A stretch of 64,000 nucleotides of DNA from Mobula birostris. Taxonomy: Eukaryota. A model generated the notes under the pieces. The model was not told where the DNA came from. It saw only the letters and a program-made list of their open reading frames with translations, and made no database searches. A program made the translations under genes and the position numbers. The stretch lies in NCBI RefSeq assembly GCF_030028105.1, contig NC_092397.1, positions 19,726,630 to 19,790,629 on the forward strand, given 5' to 3'. Shown one piece after another: positions 13,840 through 25,900 of this stretch (the first letter of the stretch is position 1; each line of letters opens with the position of its first letter).

Positions 13840-15880
13840 ATAAAGTACTGGGGAGGTCTGACTGGAGTATTGTGAGCAGTTTTGGGCCATTGATCTTTGG
13901 AAGGATGAGCTGAAATCGGATGGGCTTCAAACGAAGTTCTCCAGATTGCTTCCAGGATTGAATGGCTTGTCATATGAAGAGTGTTTGATGGCTCTGGGCC
14001 TGTATTCACTGGAATTTCTGAACAATGAGGGGTGGCCCAATTGAAACATATTGAATGGTGAAAGGCAGTGATAAAGTGGATGTGCAGAAGATGGGAGTGT
14101 CTAATATCAGGACACAGCCTCGGAATAGAGGAGCATCCTTGTAGAATGTGGAGATGAGGAATTTCTTTAGCCAGAGAGTGTGGAATTTATTGCCACAGGG
14201 AGCTGTCAAGCCAGGACTTTATGTATATTTAAGGTGGAGGTTGATAGATTCTTGATTGGTCAGAGTATGAAGGGATACAGGGGAAAGGCAGGAGACTGGG
14301 GCTGAGAGGAAAAATGGATCAGCCACAATGAAATGTCGGAGCAGACTCGATGGGCCAAATGGTCGAATTCTGCTCCTATATCTCAGTCTGTGTCACTTCC
14401 TCAGAAACCGTAATCAATTTTATCAAGCGTGATCTGCCCACACAAAACCACGCTGATTGTCCCGAAGCAGGCTATGCCTTTCCCAAATGAGCATAAATCC
14501 TGTATCTCAATATCCTCCCCAGTAGCTTCTCTACCACAGAAATGAGGCTGCCTTGCCTATAGATTCCTGGATTCTTGTTATTTCCCTTCTTGATCAAAGC
14601 TGCAACATTTGCAACACTCCAGTCCTGTGGGACCTCACATGTTGTGATCGAGGACACATAGATCCTTGTCAAATCCCCAGCAATCTGCTCACTTGTTTCC
14701 TTCACTGTTGTAGGATATTTGCCTTCAGGCCCTGGAGTCTTATCCATCTTATTGCTTTTCAGACGTCCCAGCACAACCTCCCCCTTAATATCAACACATC
14801 TCTGCATATTAGCCTGTCTCACTCTGTTTTCAATTCCTTCACCTCGGTAAGTACTGACACAACGTACTCATTTAGTACCTCAGCCACTTGATCTGACTTC
14901 AACCACATCATTCCTCCTTTAATCTTGAGTCGACCTTTCCATTCTCTGGTTATCCTCGTTATATTAATACAAATCACAAGGCCTTGGGATTATCTTTGGT
15001 CCCACTCCACAAGGACTTGTTGTGGCCCCGATTTGGCCTTTCCTGGCTTTAGCATTTCCCCGCTATCTTTATATTCCAAAGGTACCCAGTCTGATTTTAG
15101 CTTCATAAACCTTCCATATCCTTTTGACTAAATTTAGGATCTCTCTGCTCATCCAAAGTTCCTTTACCTTACCATCCTTCTCCTCACTCCTCAGCAGAAT
15201 ATGATGATCCTCAGCTCAGAGTTGCTGGTCTTTAAACAACTCCCACATGTCAGATATGGACTTGTCTGACAGTGGCTGCTCCCAATCAATGCCCCTTGGC
15301 TCCTGTCTTCCTCTGTCCTGACTTGTCCTCCTGCAAATCAGTACCTTCATACAAGATCTAATTTTATTCTTACTCATAAGTAAAGAAAAGTTGTGATCAC
15401 TGTTCCCAAAGTGTTCACTGACTCTTGGCTGTCAGCTAGCCTGGCCCGTTTCTCAAAACTAATTCCCGTAAGTTCTCAACTCTGGTTGGGCCCTGTACAT
15501 AATGTTTCAAACACTCCTTGAATTCCCTGAACAAATCTTGCGCATCTAAGTATTGAGCAAGATCCAGTCAATTCTAGGGAAGATGAAGTCCCTCACTATG
15601 ACAACCCTGTTGTTCTGCACCTCTCCATAAGCATCAACATATCTGATCCTCCACCTCCTGGTGGTTATTGGGGGCCAATACGATAATTCCATTAGTGTAA
15701 CTGCAGATTGCCTCTGTAAATGAGCCTTCCAGTTTGCTGTGACATTCCCAGTGGGGTAACCTCTGCATCTTTTAACCCCCCACTCACATGTAAAACAATG
15801 AAACCCAGGAATGTTGAGCTGCCAGCCCTGTCCGTCCGATAACATAGTACTCCTAATGTTGAAATAAACTCGTTTCAGCC
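13840..15880. mobile_element. Decayed CR1 fragments (3' end on +, ORF2 on -)
   Basis: DKTPGPEG, PQDWSVANV and GLKRVYFNIRS motifs. Confidence 0.75.
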
Positions 15881-15989
15881 CATCAATCCCACCATGTTTA
15901 TTAGCCTGACATTGGCTCTCGTTCTTTTCAGACTCTGTGTGAGGGAGTTTTGTTTTTCGCTGGAGCGCTTTGTGTCGGATGAATCGTTG

Positions 15990-16140
15990 GAAATTGGCGG
16001 GTGTGGTAAAGTGAAGGCGGAGCTGGACGATGAGAGGCCGCTCTCGGCTCTGTCCGTCACTCTGACTCTGTCTCCTCCCCTCCCCGCCTCTGTCTCTCTG
16101 CGCGTTTCTCGGGCAGGTCGGGGCGCTGTGTATAAAAGGA
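15990..16140 (+). promoter_or_regulatory. H4 promoter
   Basis: TATAAAA 16131-16137; GC box ccccgcc; H4-box-like CAGGTCGG just upstream of TATA; TTGGCGGG at ~15994. Confidence 0.8.
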
Positions 16141-16182
16141 GACAGCAGCAGGCAGTTTGTCAGTGAGCAGCGACCTGAGTGA

Positions 16183-16503
<321 letters not shown>

Positions 16504-16536
16504 AAAACTCCCACTTCCTCCCGAGCACAAAACAAA

Positions 16537-16578
16537 GGCTCTTCTAAGAGCCACCCACCGCCTCACAGACGGAGCTGT
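16537..16578 (+). terminator. Histone 3' stem-loop and HDE
   Basis: GGCTCTTCTAAGAGCC 16537-16552, then ACCCA, then GGAGCTGT 16571-16578. Confidence 0.95.
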
Positions 16579-16906
16579 ATCCGCAACCTTTTAGATATTT
16601 TTTTATTTTATACTCAGCTAGGTTGCATTTGAAACAGATTGATCGATTCCGCATGGAACATACTTGAATTCTGCCTTTCCAGTCGGTGATTACCGCAAAA
16701 CCTGCATTAGGATCGATCTTAATCCTCTTATCAGTTTTGAACAGAAATCAGTTCACTCGTTTGGAGAACGATTCCGTAGTTGTGCATTTAAATCTTAACT
16801 GAGGAAATTATATATTAAATTTATTAAATCAACCTGAAATTGTATAATTCGTCATACAATTAATTGTAAATAAAGTAATCAAGCACCGTTGCTGGGTGCT
16901 CTGAAA

Positions 16907-17109
16907 TTGGCGGGCGATTTGAAATTAATTCTGCGCCATTCACTCTGCATGAATGAAGTCCGACCGCCCGCCAAATTTTTATTTGTGGTTAATTGTTATT
17001 CGCCGCCCGCCTACAGGAAATGAATCAACCAATCGTAGTAAGGAACCTTAATAGACTCCTGGTTCAGCCAATCAGAGCTGAAGGGCGGATCCTTTCCAAC
17101 AGTATAAAA
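16907..17109 (+). promoter_or_regulatory. H3 promoter (CDE/CHR-like element, two CCAAT boxes, TATA)
   Basis: GGCGG-N4-TTTGAA 16909-16923; CCAAT at 17029 and 17068; TATAAAA 17103-17109. Confidence 0.8.
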
Positions 17110-17173
17110 CCCTGTCCCGGAGCGCGTTTTGTCTATCTTGTTCCTGTATTTCAGCCTGTGTTCTCGGTTGTGA

Positions 17174-17590
<417 letters not shown>

Positions 17591-17619
17591 ACCCGGCCTC
17601 CACACCCAGCACAAGAAAA

Positions 17620-17661
17620 GGCTCTTTTAAGAGCCACTACCACAGCAAAGGAAAGGGCTGT
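17620..17661 (+). terminator. Histone 3' stem-loop and HDE
   Basis: GGCTCTTTTAAGAGCC 17620-17635; AAAGGGCTGT 17652-17661. Confidence 0.95.
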
Positions 17662-18419
17662 CGCTTGCTGATCTGTGTATTATCGTAGTGACGATCTGCC
17701 CTCCTGATGAGGTTGTTCGGTTTTTGCACTGATTGACCGCGATCATCAGCTGTTCTCTGCCGTCTGGTTGATTCAGCGAGGGACTGGAGATGAACGCGCT
17801 CCCTCCCCGTCAGGGTCTCACCTGGCCCTTCACTTCTCCCACTAACATGCCATGTACAGCTGCTGCGGCTGTTCTGTTTTGTTTGCTTTGGACATGCCCG
17901 GCTGTCCTTGGAGTGGGAGCATGCGGTCCCGATGGGTAGAGAGAGGGATTTCCGTGAGCGGTGACCCCAGGCAGTAGTGCTTATGTGTGAATAAACTTAT
18001 GCAGTTTTGTGGCTCATACCTGATTGAAGGTCAGCCTGCAAAGTCACCGGGTAGTTTATCATACATCTTTCCCCTACAGTCCATCCCCAGAGACAGATCC
18101 CTCTCTCAAGACTCCCCCTCCCCTCTCACATAGGTTTCAGCAGTTCCCAATCAACTCAGCTGAATCGGGCCTTGGGATGCGAGGCGCGGAATCTCAGTCA
18201 CGCTGTCCTGGAGCGGGAGAAGGAACTGGGCCTGCAGACTACCCCACCGGTCTCACTCTCTCTCACACACACAGCCCGAGTGAAACGCAGTGTTTCACTT
18301 CAAATCTGGGACGTGGCCGCACTGAATGTCAGAGTGGTACCGGGAATATCGGGTTTTATGCGAGAAGTTACCCCGCAAAACTCAGACTGACCCACAGCGG
18401 GAATCACAATATTCACGAT

Positions 18420-18458
18420 CAGCTCTTTTCTGAGATGTGGGTGGCTCTGAGAAGAGCC
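18420..18458 (-). terminator. Histone 3' stem-loop and HDE of H1
   Basis: Minus-strand GGCTCTTCTCAGAGCC (18443-18458); AAAAGAGCTG (18420-18429). Confidence 0.95.
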
Positions 18459-18494
18459 GTTGGGTTCAAACACTTACAAACGGTATATCTCAAT

Positions 18495-19145
18495 TCACTT
18501 TTTGACTGCTGTCTTCTTGGCCGCCTTCTTCTTCGGGGCTGCGAGTTTCTTGGGGCTCTTTGGCTTCGGCGCCGCTGGTTTCTTAGCTGCCGGTTTTTTA
18601 GCCGCTGGTTTCTTAGCAGCCGGTTTTTTAGCCGCTGGTTTCTTAGCTGCCGCCTTTTTAGCCGCTGGTTTCTTAGCTGCCGCCTTTTTAACCGCTGGTT
18701 TCTTCGCTGCCGCTTTCTTAGCCGCTGGGTTCTTGGCGCCAGATTTCTTGGTGGGAGATTTCTTGATGGCAGATTTCTTTACCGATGGCTTGTTCGCTTT
18801 CTTCACCGCTTTCACGGCACTTTTTCCTTGACCGGATTTAAAGGATCCCGAAAGACCTGCGCCCTTGGTCTGAACCAAGGAGCCGCTTTCCACTCTCTTC
18901 TTGATGCACATCCTGATCTGGGCGCGACGTTTTCCCACATCGACACCGCTGCTGGTCAGAGCCTTCATGATGGCCATAGCGGACATCCCCTTCCTATCGC
19001 GACAATCCGCCACAATCTTATCGATTTGTTCGCCCAGCTTGGGACCGGCTGGTTTGCTCCGGGCGGCCGCCTTCTTCTTGGGACTCTTCTTTGCGGCGGC
19101 GGGTGCGGCTGGAGGAGCCGTTTCGGCGGGTGCTGTCTCGGCCAT
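18495..19145 (-). CDS. H1: Linker histone H1
   Basis: 216 aa: AETAP N-terminus, globular domain ending LVQTKGAGLSGSFK, K/A/P-rich tail; stem-loop and H1 box present. Confidence 0.96.
   Translation of the reverse strand: MAETAPAETAPPAAPAAAKKSPKKKAAARSKPAGPKLGEQIDKIVADCRDRKGMSAMAIMKALTSSGVDVGKRRAQIRMCIKKRVESGSLVQTKGAGLSGSFKSGQGKSAVKAVKKANKPSVKKSAIKKSPTKKSGAKNPAAKKAAAKKPAVKKAAAKKPAAKKAAAKKPAAKKPAAKKPAAKKPAAKKPAAPKPKSPKKLAAPKKKAAKKTAVKK
18571..18735. repeat. 30-bp (2x15) tandem repeat encoding KKPAA/KKAAA in the H1 tail
   Basis: About 5.5 units of gccgctggtttcttagctgccg(g/c)(t/c)ttttta. Confidence 0.9.
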
Positions 19146-19220
19146 GTCGGCGACTCTGGAAAATCCTTCTCACAATCTGACTGAATGAGAACTAAAGCGA
19201 AAGGCGGCGGCACAGAGCAA

Positions 19221-19292
19221 TTTAAAGGCAGCGAGCGGACGGGGCGGAGACATCCTCCTGTCAGTTCCCGGAGACTTCATTTTTCTGTGTTT
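19221..19292 (-). promoter_or_regulatory. H1 promoter with H1-specific AC box
   Basis: AAACACA on minus (19286-19292); GC box 19241-19247; TATA-like TTTAAA 19221-19226. Confidence 0.8.
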
Positions 19293-19689
19293 CTCTCTCC
19301 TCAAAATTTCTCCGATTCCAATTGAAATCGGACACTCCGGAGACTCGGACTGGTCCCTGCCCGTCACTGAGGCCCGAAAGTTCGCTGGAAAGAGAGTTTA
19401 ATCGGGATTAAAGGCAACACTTTCTATTTTAACCCGTTTCATTACTGCACTGCCCGCGATCTCTCTCCATATTGTTGACCTGTTCTCTGGTTTTCGGCTG
19501 AAATTTTGAAACGATCTAAAACTTTGTGGTTAATTCCTGCTTCGGGACTGAGCTGGGGAGTGGGGCCATCCCGTAACAGAGAAATCTTTTCATTTTGTAC
19601 AGGAGGCACTGGGAAATCCGGCGATGTGTTCGGACCCACAAACACAGTGATACTCGTCTAAGCCGCCCGCCGCTTTAAAACACTCTCTG

Positions 19690-19835
19690 AATCAGCAAGT
19701 CAGGCAGCATCAATGGTGAGAATAAACATCGACATTTCGGGTCGAGACCCTTCATCAGGACTCTGATGGGAGATGCTGCCTGACTTGCTGGGTTCCTCCA
19801 GCATTTTGTCCGCGTTGTCGCGATTCCCAGAATCT
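19690..19835. mobile_element. Penelope-derived palindromic short insert
   Basis: Perfect 19-bp inverted repeat (19693-19711 / 19772-19790) around a hammerhead-like core; same family as 30866, 32135, 35190 and 40840. Confidence 0.75.
19727..19763 (-). ncRNA. Minimal type I hammerhead ribozyme motif (Penelope-associated)
   Basis: Minus strand reads gagtc-CUGAUGA-a-GGGUCucGACCC-GAAA-u-GUC-gaug: both core boxes, stem II and the GUC cleavage triplet are present. Confidence 0.6.
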
Positions 19836-19959
19836 CTTGGCATTATACTGACACATTGTTCACCTCTGCACCTTCAGAGGCCTGTACTGCTGTCAGAATA
19901 AAACGACAGGTTCCTCGTCATATAACACGGTGATAAATCTAATTCTGATTCCAAGGATT

Positions 19960-22900
19960 AAAGGACAAAGGACATTGTCTGGCCAAACTCTCTGTGTAAC
20001 TGAGAACCTCGGGTCCGGGAAACATCCTTGGAAATCTTTTCTACACTCTCCCCAGTTTAACCCCGTTTCCTAGAACAGTGATAAGAGCTGCACACAATAC
20101 GGCAAGTGTGGCCGCCAGTCACTTCCACAACTGTAACATAATGTCGCAACTGATATATTCTATCCCCTGACTAATGAACGCCAGCATGTGAAACCCCGTT
20201 CTTCACCACCCTGTCTACCAGTGACACAACTTTCAATGAACTGTGTGTACACTTTACCGCTAAATCTCTCCGGCCCATTCCAGTCCCCAATGACCGATCT
20301 TTCATAGTGTAAGTTCTACACTGGTTTGACTTTCCAATATGCACCGCCTCACACTTATCTGTATTGAAATGCATTTGCCACACTTGACCCTCTTCCCTAA
20401 ATGAGCACGATCACCCTGTAATCAGCGACAACCTACCAAGTAAAGTTGAGGGAAGTTATTCCAACTCATTAATAAACCTTTTGTGCACTGGCATTGATCA
20501 GTGAAGGTGATTAGTATCAAAATCAAGTTCATTATCACGGACATATGTCATTAACTTTGTTGTTTTGCTACAGCAGTACAGAGCAATTTCTAAAAAAGTT
20601 AAAATAAGAAATATATAATAAACAGTGTAAAAAGAGGATCAGGGAGGGGTGTGAGTCCGAAGATGAGAATAGGAAACCTAAACCTTGTCCATTCTTGCCT
20701 CTTTTACTCTTCATATATCTGAAAATAAATCTTTTTGTATCTTGTTTCTATTATTGGCCAGTTACTTTCATAATTCATCTGACTTCTGCATCTTGCTATT
20801 TTAGTTGTGCTCTTTTCTTTTTTTAAGTTTCATTATCCTTTAGCTTCCCAGTAATTTTGGTGATATTCTTTGCCCTCTCATGTTCTTTTATGCTGCCTTT
20901 GTCTTCTGTTGTTAGTGATGGTTGCCTCATCCTCCCTTTCAAATACTGTTTCTGCTGAGGGATGAACCGATCCTGTGTCTGCCAAATTTCTCCTGGAGAC
21001 TGAAACTTTTCATACAAGGTAATCTGAGGAAGTTGAAATGCCCAACTGCTGTAAGCTTGTTCCCATTACCCCTCTGTGTGATTTACCAAGATGTCTGCTG
21101 CACAATATCTGAGCCAATTGGGAGGCTGGTAGTATAATCCCATCAAAATCATCATTCATCATTTTATTTAAAACCTATACTTACAAGACCTCATCAAAAC
21201 CCCTCTTATTACTGCAACACACATCAAAGTTGCTGGTGAATGCAGCAGGCCAGGTAGCATCTCTAGGAAGAGGTACAGCAACCTTGATGTGTGTTGCTTG
21301 GATTTCCAGCATCTGCAGAATTCCTCATGTTTACCCTCTTATTACTGCAGTGTTGGTCTCCTTAATCAAAGATGCAACATCCCCAACTCGTAAGGTAGCT
21401 TTTAAATGTTTGCCCTTCACCTTAAACAATTACCCTGTAAATTTAGGCTTCCCTACCCTGACACAAAGGACAGTCACCAGACGGCTCCTTACTCTCTCAG
21501 GAGAGAGAAAGAGAGTCCCAGTCTGTCCAAGTTTCTGCTGATAATTAAGGTCCTCCAGTGTCAGTAACATCCTCATCAAACTTCCCTCCACACTTTCCAG
21601 CTTCATGACATCCTTCCTGCAACTGGATGATCAGAACTGTGCAAAATACAGTGTGGTCTCACTTTGACTTTTACGGTTGTCATACAGCATCCCAAATTCT
21701 CTACTCGGTTCCCTGATTAATGAACACAAATAGGCCAAACACCACCTTCACCATCCTGACTACCTGTGTTGTCACTTTCAGTGAATGATGTTTCTGTATT
21801 TCATGGACCCTCTGTTCTGTAATACTTACTCTCCAAGGGACAAGAATTTACTGTGCAGATCCTTCCCGAGTTGAACCTCTCGTAATGCAACACCTCACAC
21901 TTGTCCACGTCAATATCCTTCTGCCATTCTTTGGCCGACTTCCCCAGTTAATCTCGATCCCATTGTACTCTCAAAGAATCTTCCCTGTCCACTCTACCAT
22001 CAACATTGCTGTCATCCGCAAACTCACTAATCACATTAAGTACAATGTCAGAGAAATTGTTAACATCGATGACAAATGACAGTATGAGCACCGATCCCTG
22101 TGACTGTCACTGGTCAGAGGCCTCCAACCTGAATAACAAGCTGCCATGACCACCCTCTGACTCCTTCCACCAAGACAAGTATCTTGTCTGGCATCCCCTC
22201 TGCTCTAAATGTGTAATACAAAAGAAATAAAGATTAAATCAAAATATATCTACCTACGGCCTACATCTCTCAGAAGAGACGAAACCTCAACTCCTCACTC
22301 CAATTCTGTCCCACTCATACAATGACCGCTCTGTTTAAATCTAACTTCTTTTTATTGGATCTTGCCACCTTCCAAATTACGGGCAATCAAAAGTTTCCTT
22401 GGGAATTGTGACATGCAAAATGTGCCAACTGCCCAGGTTCACTTCATCAAACTCCCTCTCCCTTTACATAATCTGATAACTGTGTGGGACTGTGGCACTC
22501 AAAACTGTGGACTACAGGAAACCATGCCTGCACTGTTCTACAAGGCCACAAATGATTAAAAAAAACACTGTATAACAAACACTGGAATTCCCTAATTGAG
22601 ATGAATAGGGAGACGGGGTAACTGAAAAGATTCAAACAGAAGGAAGGTAAATGTTTGTAAAATCAGGGAAGTAAGATTGACATACAAGGAAGGCTGATGG
22701 CAGATCAGCCTTTATATGGAATTGTGGGTGAGGGATTAAGAGAGGACACACTGGAGGGTTCATCCAGTGAGACAATGTGGATGGAGCTCAGGATAAGAGA
22801 GGTGCATTCACTGATGGGATTATACCACAGGCCTCCCAAATGCCAGCAGGAGATAAAGGAACAGAAATGTAGCAGGTAATGAAAGATGTAAAAGCAACAG

Positions 22901-25900
22901 GGTAGTTGCAGTGGGTGATAAATTTCCCCAATGTTGACTGGGACTCCCTTAGAGTCAGGGGCTTAGATATCACCAAATATGTTAGAAGAATACTGGGATG
23001 TTACTTAACATAGAAGTGGATAGTCTAACCTGGGAAGGGGGTCAGAGAAAACATTGTATTGGGAAATGAGCCTGGCCATTGATAGAAGTTTCATTTTGGG
23101 AACGGTAAATAAGGACAAGACTGGACCCGGTGGTAATGTGGTCATTTGGGGTACAGTTAATTGCAACTGTCTACATTGAACATGTAAATGATGTTTAAAA
23201 GCAATCGGGTCAGAATTCAGACAGAACTGTTTCTATGAGGAGGAAACACAAGGATGGTAAGGTCTGGCAGAGGGGCATAGTGAGAGATGTTATGAATTCA
23301 GACTGAAAGAAAATGAAGAATAAGGAATATTTCAGAAGTAGAAATTGGAGAAGGCCTCTGGCAACATGAAACAAGTAAGAGAGAAGTTAGAGAGAGAATC
23401 AGAAGTGTGAAACGGGAAGAAGAAATAACTTTGGTGAGAAGGGGCACTGCGGAGAGGGTACGACAACACAAGCACAGAGGAGAGAATTTATGTCTGAAGT
23501 GTGCGAGGGACTAAACCAGTACTTCTCATCAGTATTCATCAGTGTGGTCATGGAGGATAGTGAGATCAGAGAAGGGAATGCTGATATTCCAGGGCATGTT
23601 GTTCCTCAGGCAATGGAGACAAATTACAGATTGGTGAGTCTTGGATCAATGTTCGGGAAATTATTCGAGAATATTATTAGAGATAGGATCTCTAATAAAA
23701 GTTAGGAGGGTAAAAGGAGGATATCATGAGTCAGAAGGCAAAGTGAGCAAAATCCAAGAGATTCTCTTGGTATATTCATAGGGCAAGGTAAGTTAGACAC
23801 AGAATCGTTCTCCTTGGAGGTGAACATGGCCATCTGTGTGTGGAGGCAAATGAAATAGGAGAGGCTATCCACGAATATTTCTGACAGTTATTTCACCATT
23901 GCAAAAATTCTTTAAGGTTGTTAAATCTCCAGGGCCTTATCAGGTACATTCTCGTACTTTGTGGGAAGCTGGAGAATACACTGTGGAGGCCAGGGGAGAG
24001 ATTATTTTGCTTCATCTCAGGCACCAGTTGAGGTTGCACATGATTGGACAGGGTGACTAATGTGGAATTGATAGTTTTGAGGCCAAGACTGTGGATGATA
24101 TGAAGAGACAGGCAGTGTTGAGGAAGCAGGGAGTCTGCAGTAGCACTTGACAGATTTAGAGAATGGACAAGGAAGTGCCAGATAAAATACAGCGTAAGGA
24201 AGTGTGTGGTCATGTACTCTGGTAGGAGGAATAACAGCCTAGGCTCTTTCTAATCAGGGAGAGAACAGAAATCAGTTGTGTGAAGGGTCTTAGTGCACGA
24301 TTCCCTAAAGGTTAATGTACACATTGAGTTGGTAGTGAGGAAGGCAAATGTAATACTTGCATGCATTTCAAGAGAACTAGAAAATAAAAACAAGGATCTA
24401 ATGCTGAGGCTTTGGTCAGACCTTATTTGGAGTATCATGAGCAGGGTTGGGTAACTTTTCTAAGAAAGGACGTGCTGGCATTGCAGAGGCTGTAGTGGAA
24501 ATTCACGAGAATGATCCCAGGACTGAAAGAGTTAGGATATAATAATCATTTGATAATCTGGGCCTGTACTCACTGGAGTCTAGAAGAATGAGGGAGAATC
24601 TTATAGAAACACATTGAATATTGAACGGCCTAGATAGCATTGATGTGAGAGGATGTTTCCAATAATGGAGGAATCTAGAACCAAACCACACCATCAATAA
24701 AAAGATGCCCCTCTAGAATAGAGATGAGTAATTTCTTTAGTCAGAAGGTGATGAATCAATGGATTTCATTTCCACAGGCAGCCATAAAGGCAGTCAGTGG
24801 GTTTATTTAAAGCAGAGGTTAGTAGATTTTTAATTATTATTAAGGGTATCAAAGTTTATGGGTAGAAGGCAGGAGAATGGGGTTGAGAGGGATATATGAT
24901 GGAATGGCAGAACAGACTGAATGGGCCAAAAGGCCTAATCCTGCTCCTGTGACTTCAGGACTGATGGTTTATGCGGTGCCATTGTTCAAAAAGGGTAGTG
25001 GAAACTACAGGCCCATCAGTCTGTAATTTGTTGGAAGAGTTTCTGATGAACAGGATCCACCAAAATTTGGTTTGATTCAAGACAGTCAGCACAGTTTTGT
25101 GCAAGGAAAATTATGTCTGGTAATTTCTTGCAGCCCTTTGAGGGGTTTCACAAGGACGTAGATGAGGTTAGGGCTGTGGATGTTGTCTATATGGACATTA
25201 GCCAGGCCTTTGACTATAGTCTGGAAGGTTAGATCTAGAAACTGGAATCTGGGGAGATAGTTGATTGATTCCATAATTGCCTCCGTGACAGGAGGCAGAG
25301 GCTGATGGTTGAGGGTTGTGTCTCAGACTGGAGCTGTCTGTCTAGTGGTGTGCCACTGGGTGACAGGACCTTTGTTGTTTGCAATTTATATAAATAATGT
25401 CCATGTGAATGTGTAATTCACTGAAAGTGACGTCTCAGCTAGATACGGTGGTGAAGATGGGGTTTGATCTGCTGGCTTTCATCATTCATGTCACTGAGTA
25501 CAAGAGTTGGGAAGAAGTGTTGCAGATACACAAGTCTTCGGTGAGGACTGATTAAAGGAAACCATGCTGACTTTGGCCTATTTTTTCATGTGTTGCCAAG
25601 TACCCGAAAATACATCCTTGACAATTGACTCCATCATCTTCCCAACCATTGAGATCAGACTAGCTGGCCTACGATTTGCTTTCTTCTGCTCTCCTCTCTT
25701 CTTTAAGAGTGGATGACCTTTGCAATTTTCCTGTTCTGTGGAACCACACCAGAATCCAGAGATTATGGGAAGATTATTACTAAAACTGCCACAATCTCTT
25801 CAGCCACATCTTTCATAGAACTGGTGTAGATAATCTGGTCCAAGTGAATTCTCTACCTTCAGACCTTTCAGTTTCTCAAGGACCATCTCCCTAGTAAAGG

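Noticed and set aside
18279-18299. IRE-like hairpin containing CAGTG between H3 and H1
   Set aside because: The 8-bp stem closes a GCAGT loop rather than CAGUGN on a 5-bp stem with bulged C, and it lies outside both mature mRNAs.
18420-18430. U7 snRNA-like sequence CAGCTCTTTT
   Set aside because: It is the complement of the H1 HDE; no U7 Sm site or 3' hairpin follows.
18024-19184. 386-aa plus-strand ORF antisense to H1 (also antisense ORFs over H4, H3 and H2B)
   Set aside because: Shadow ORFs caused by GC-rich, biased histone codons and the tail repeat; no recognisable domain, mostly non-ATG starts.
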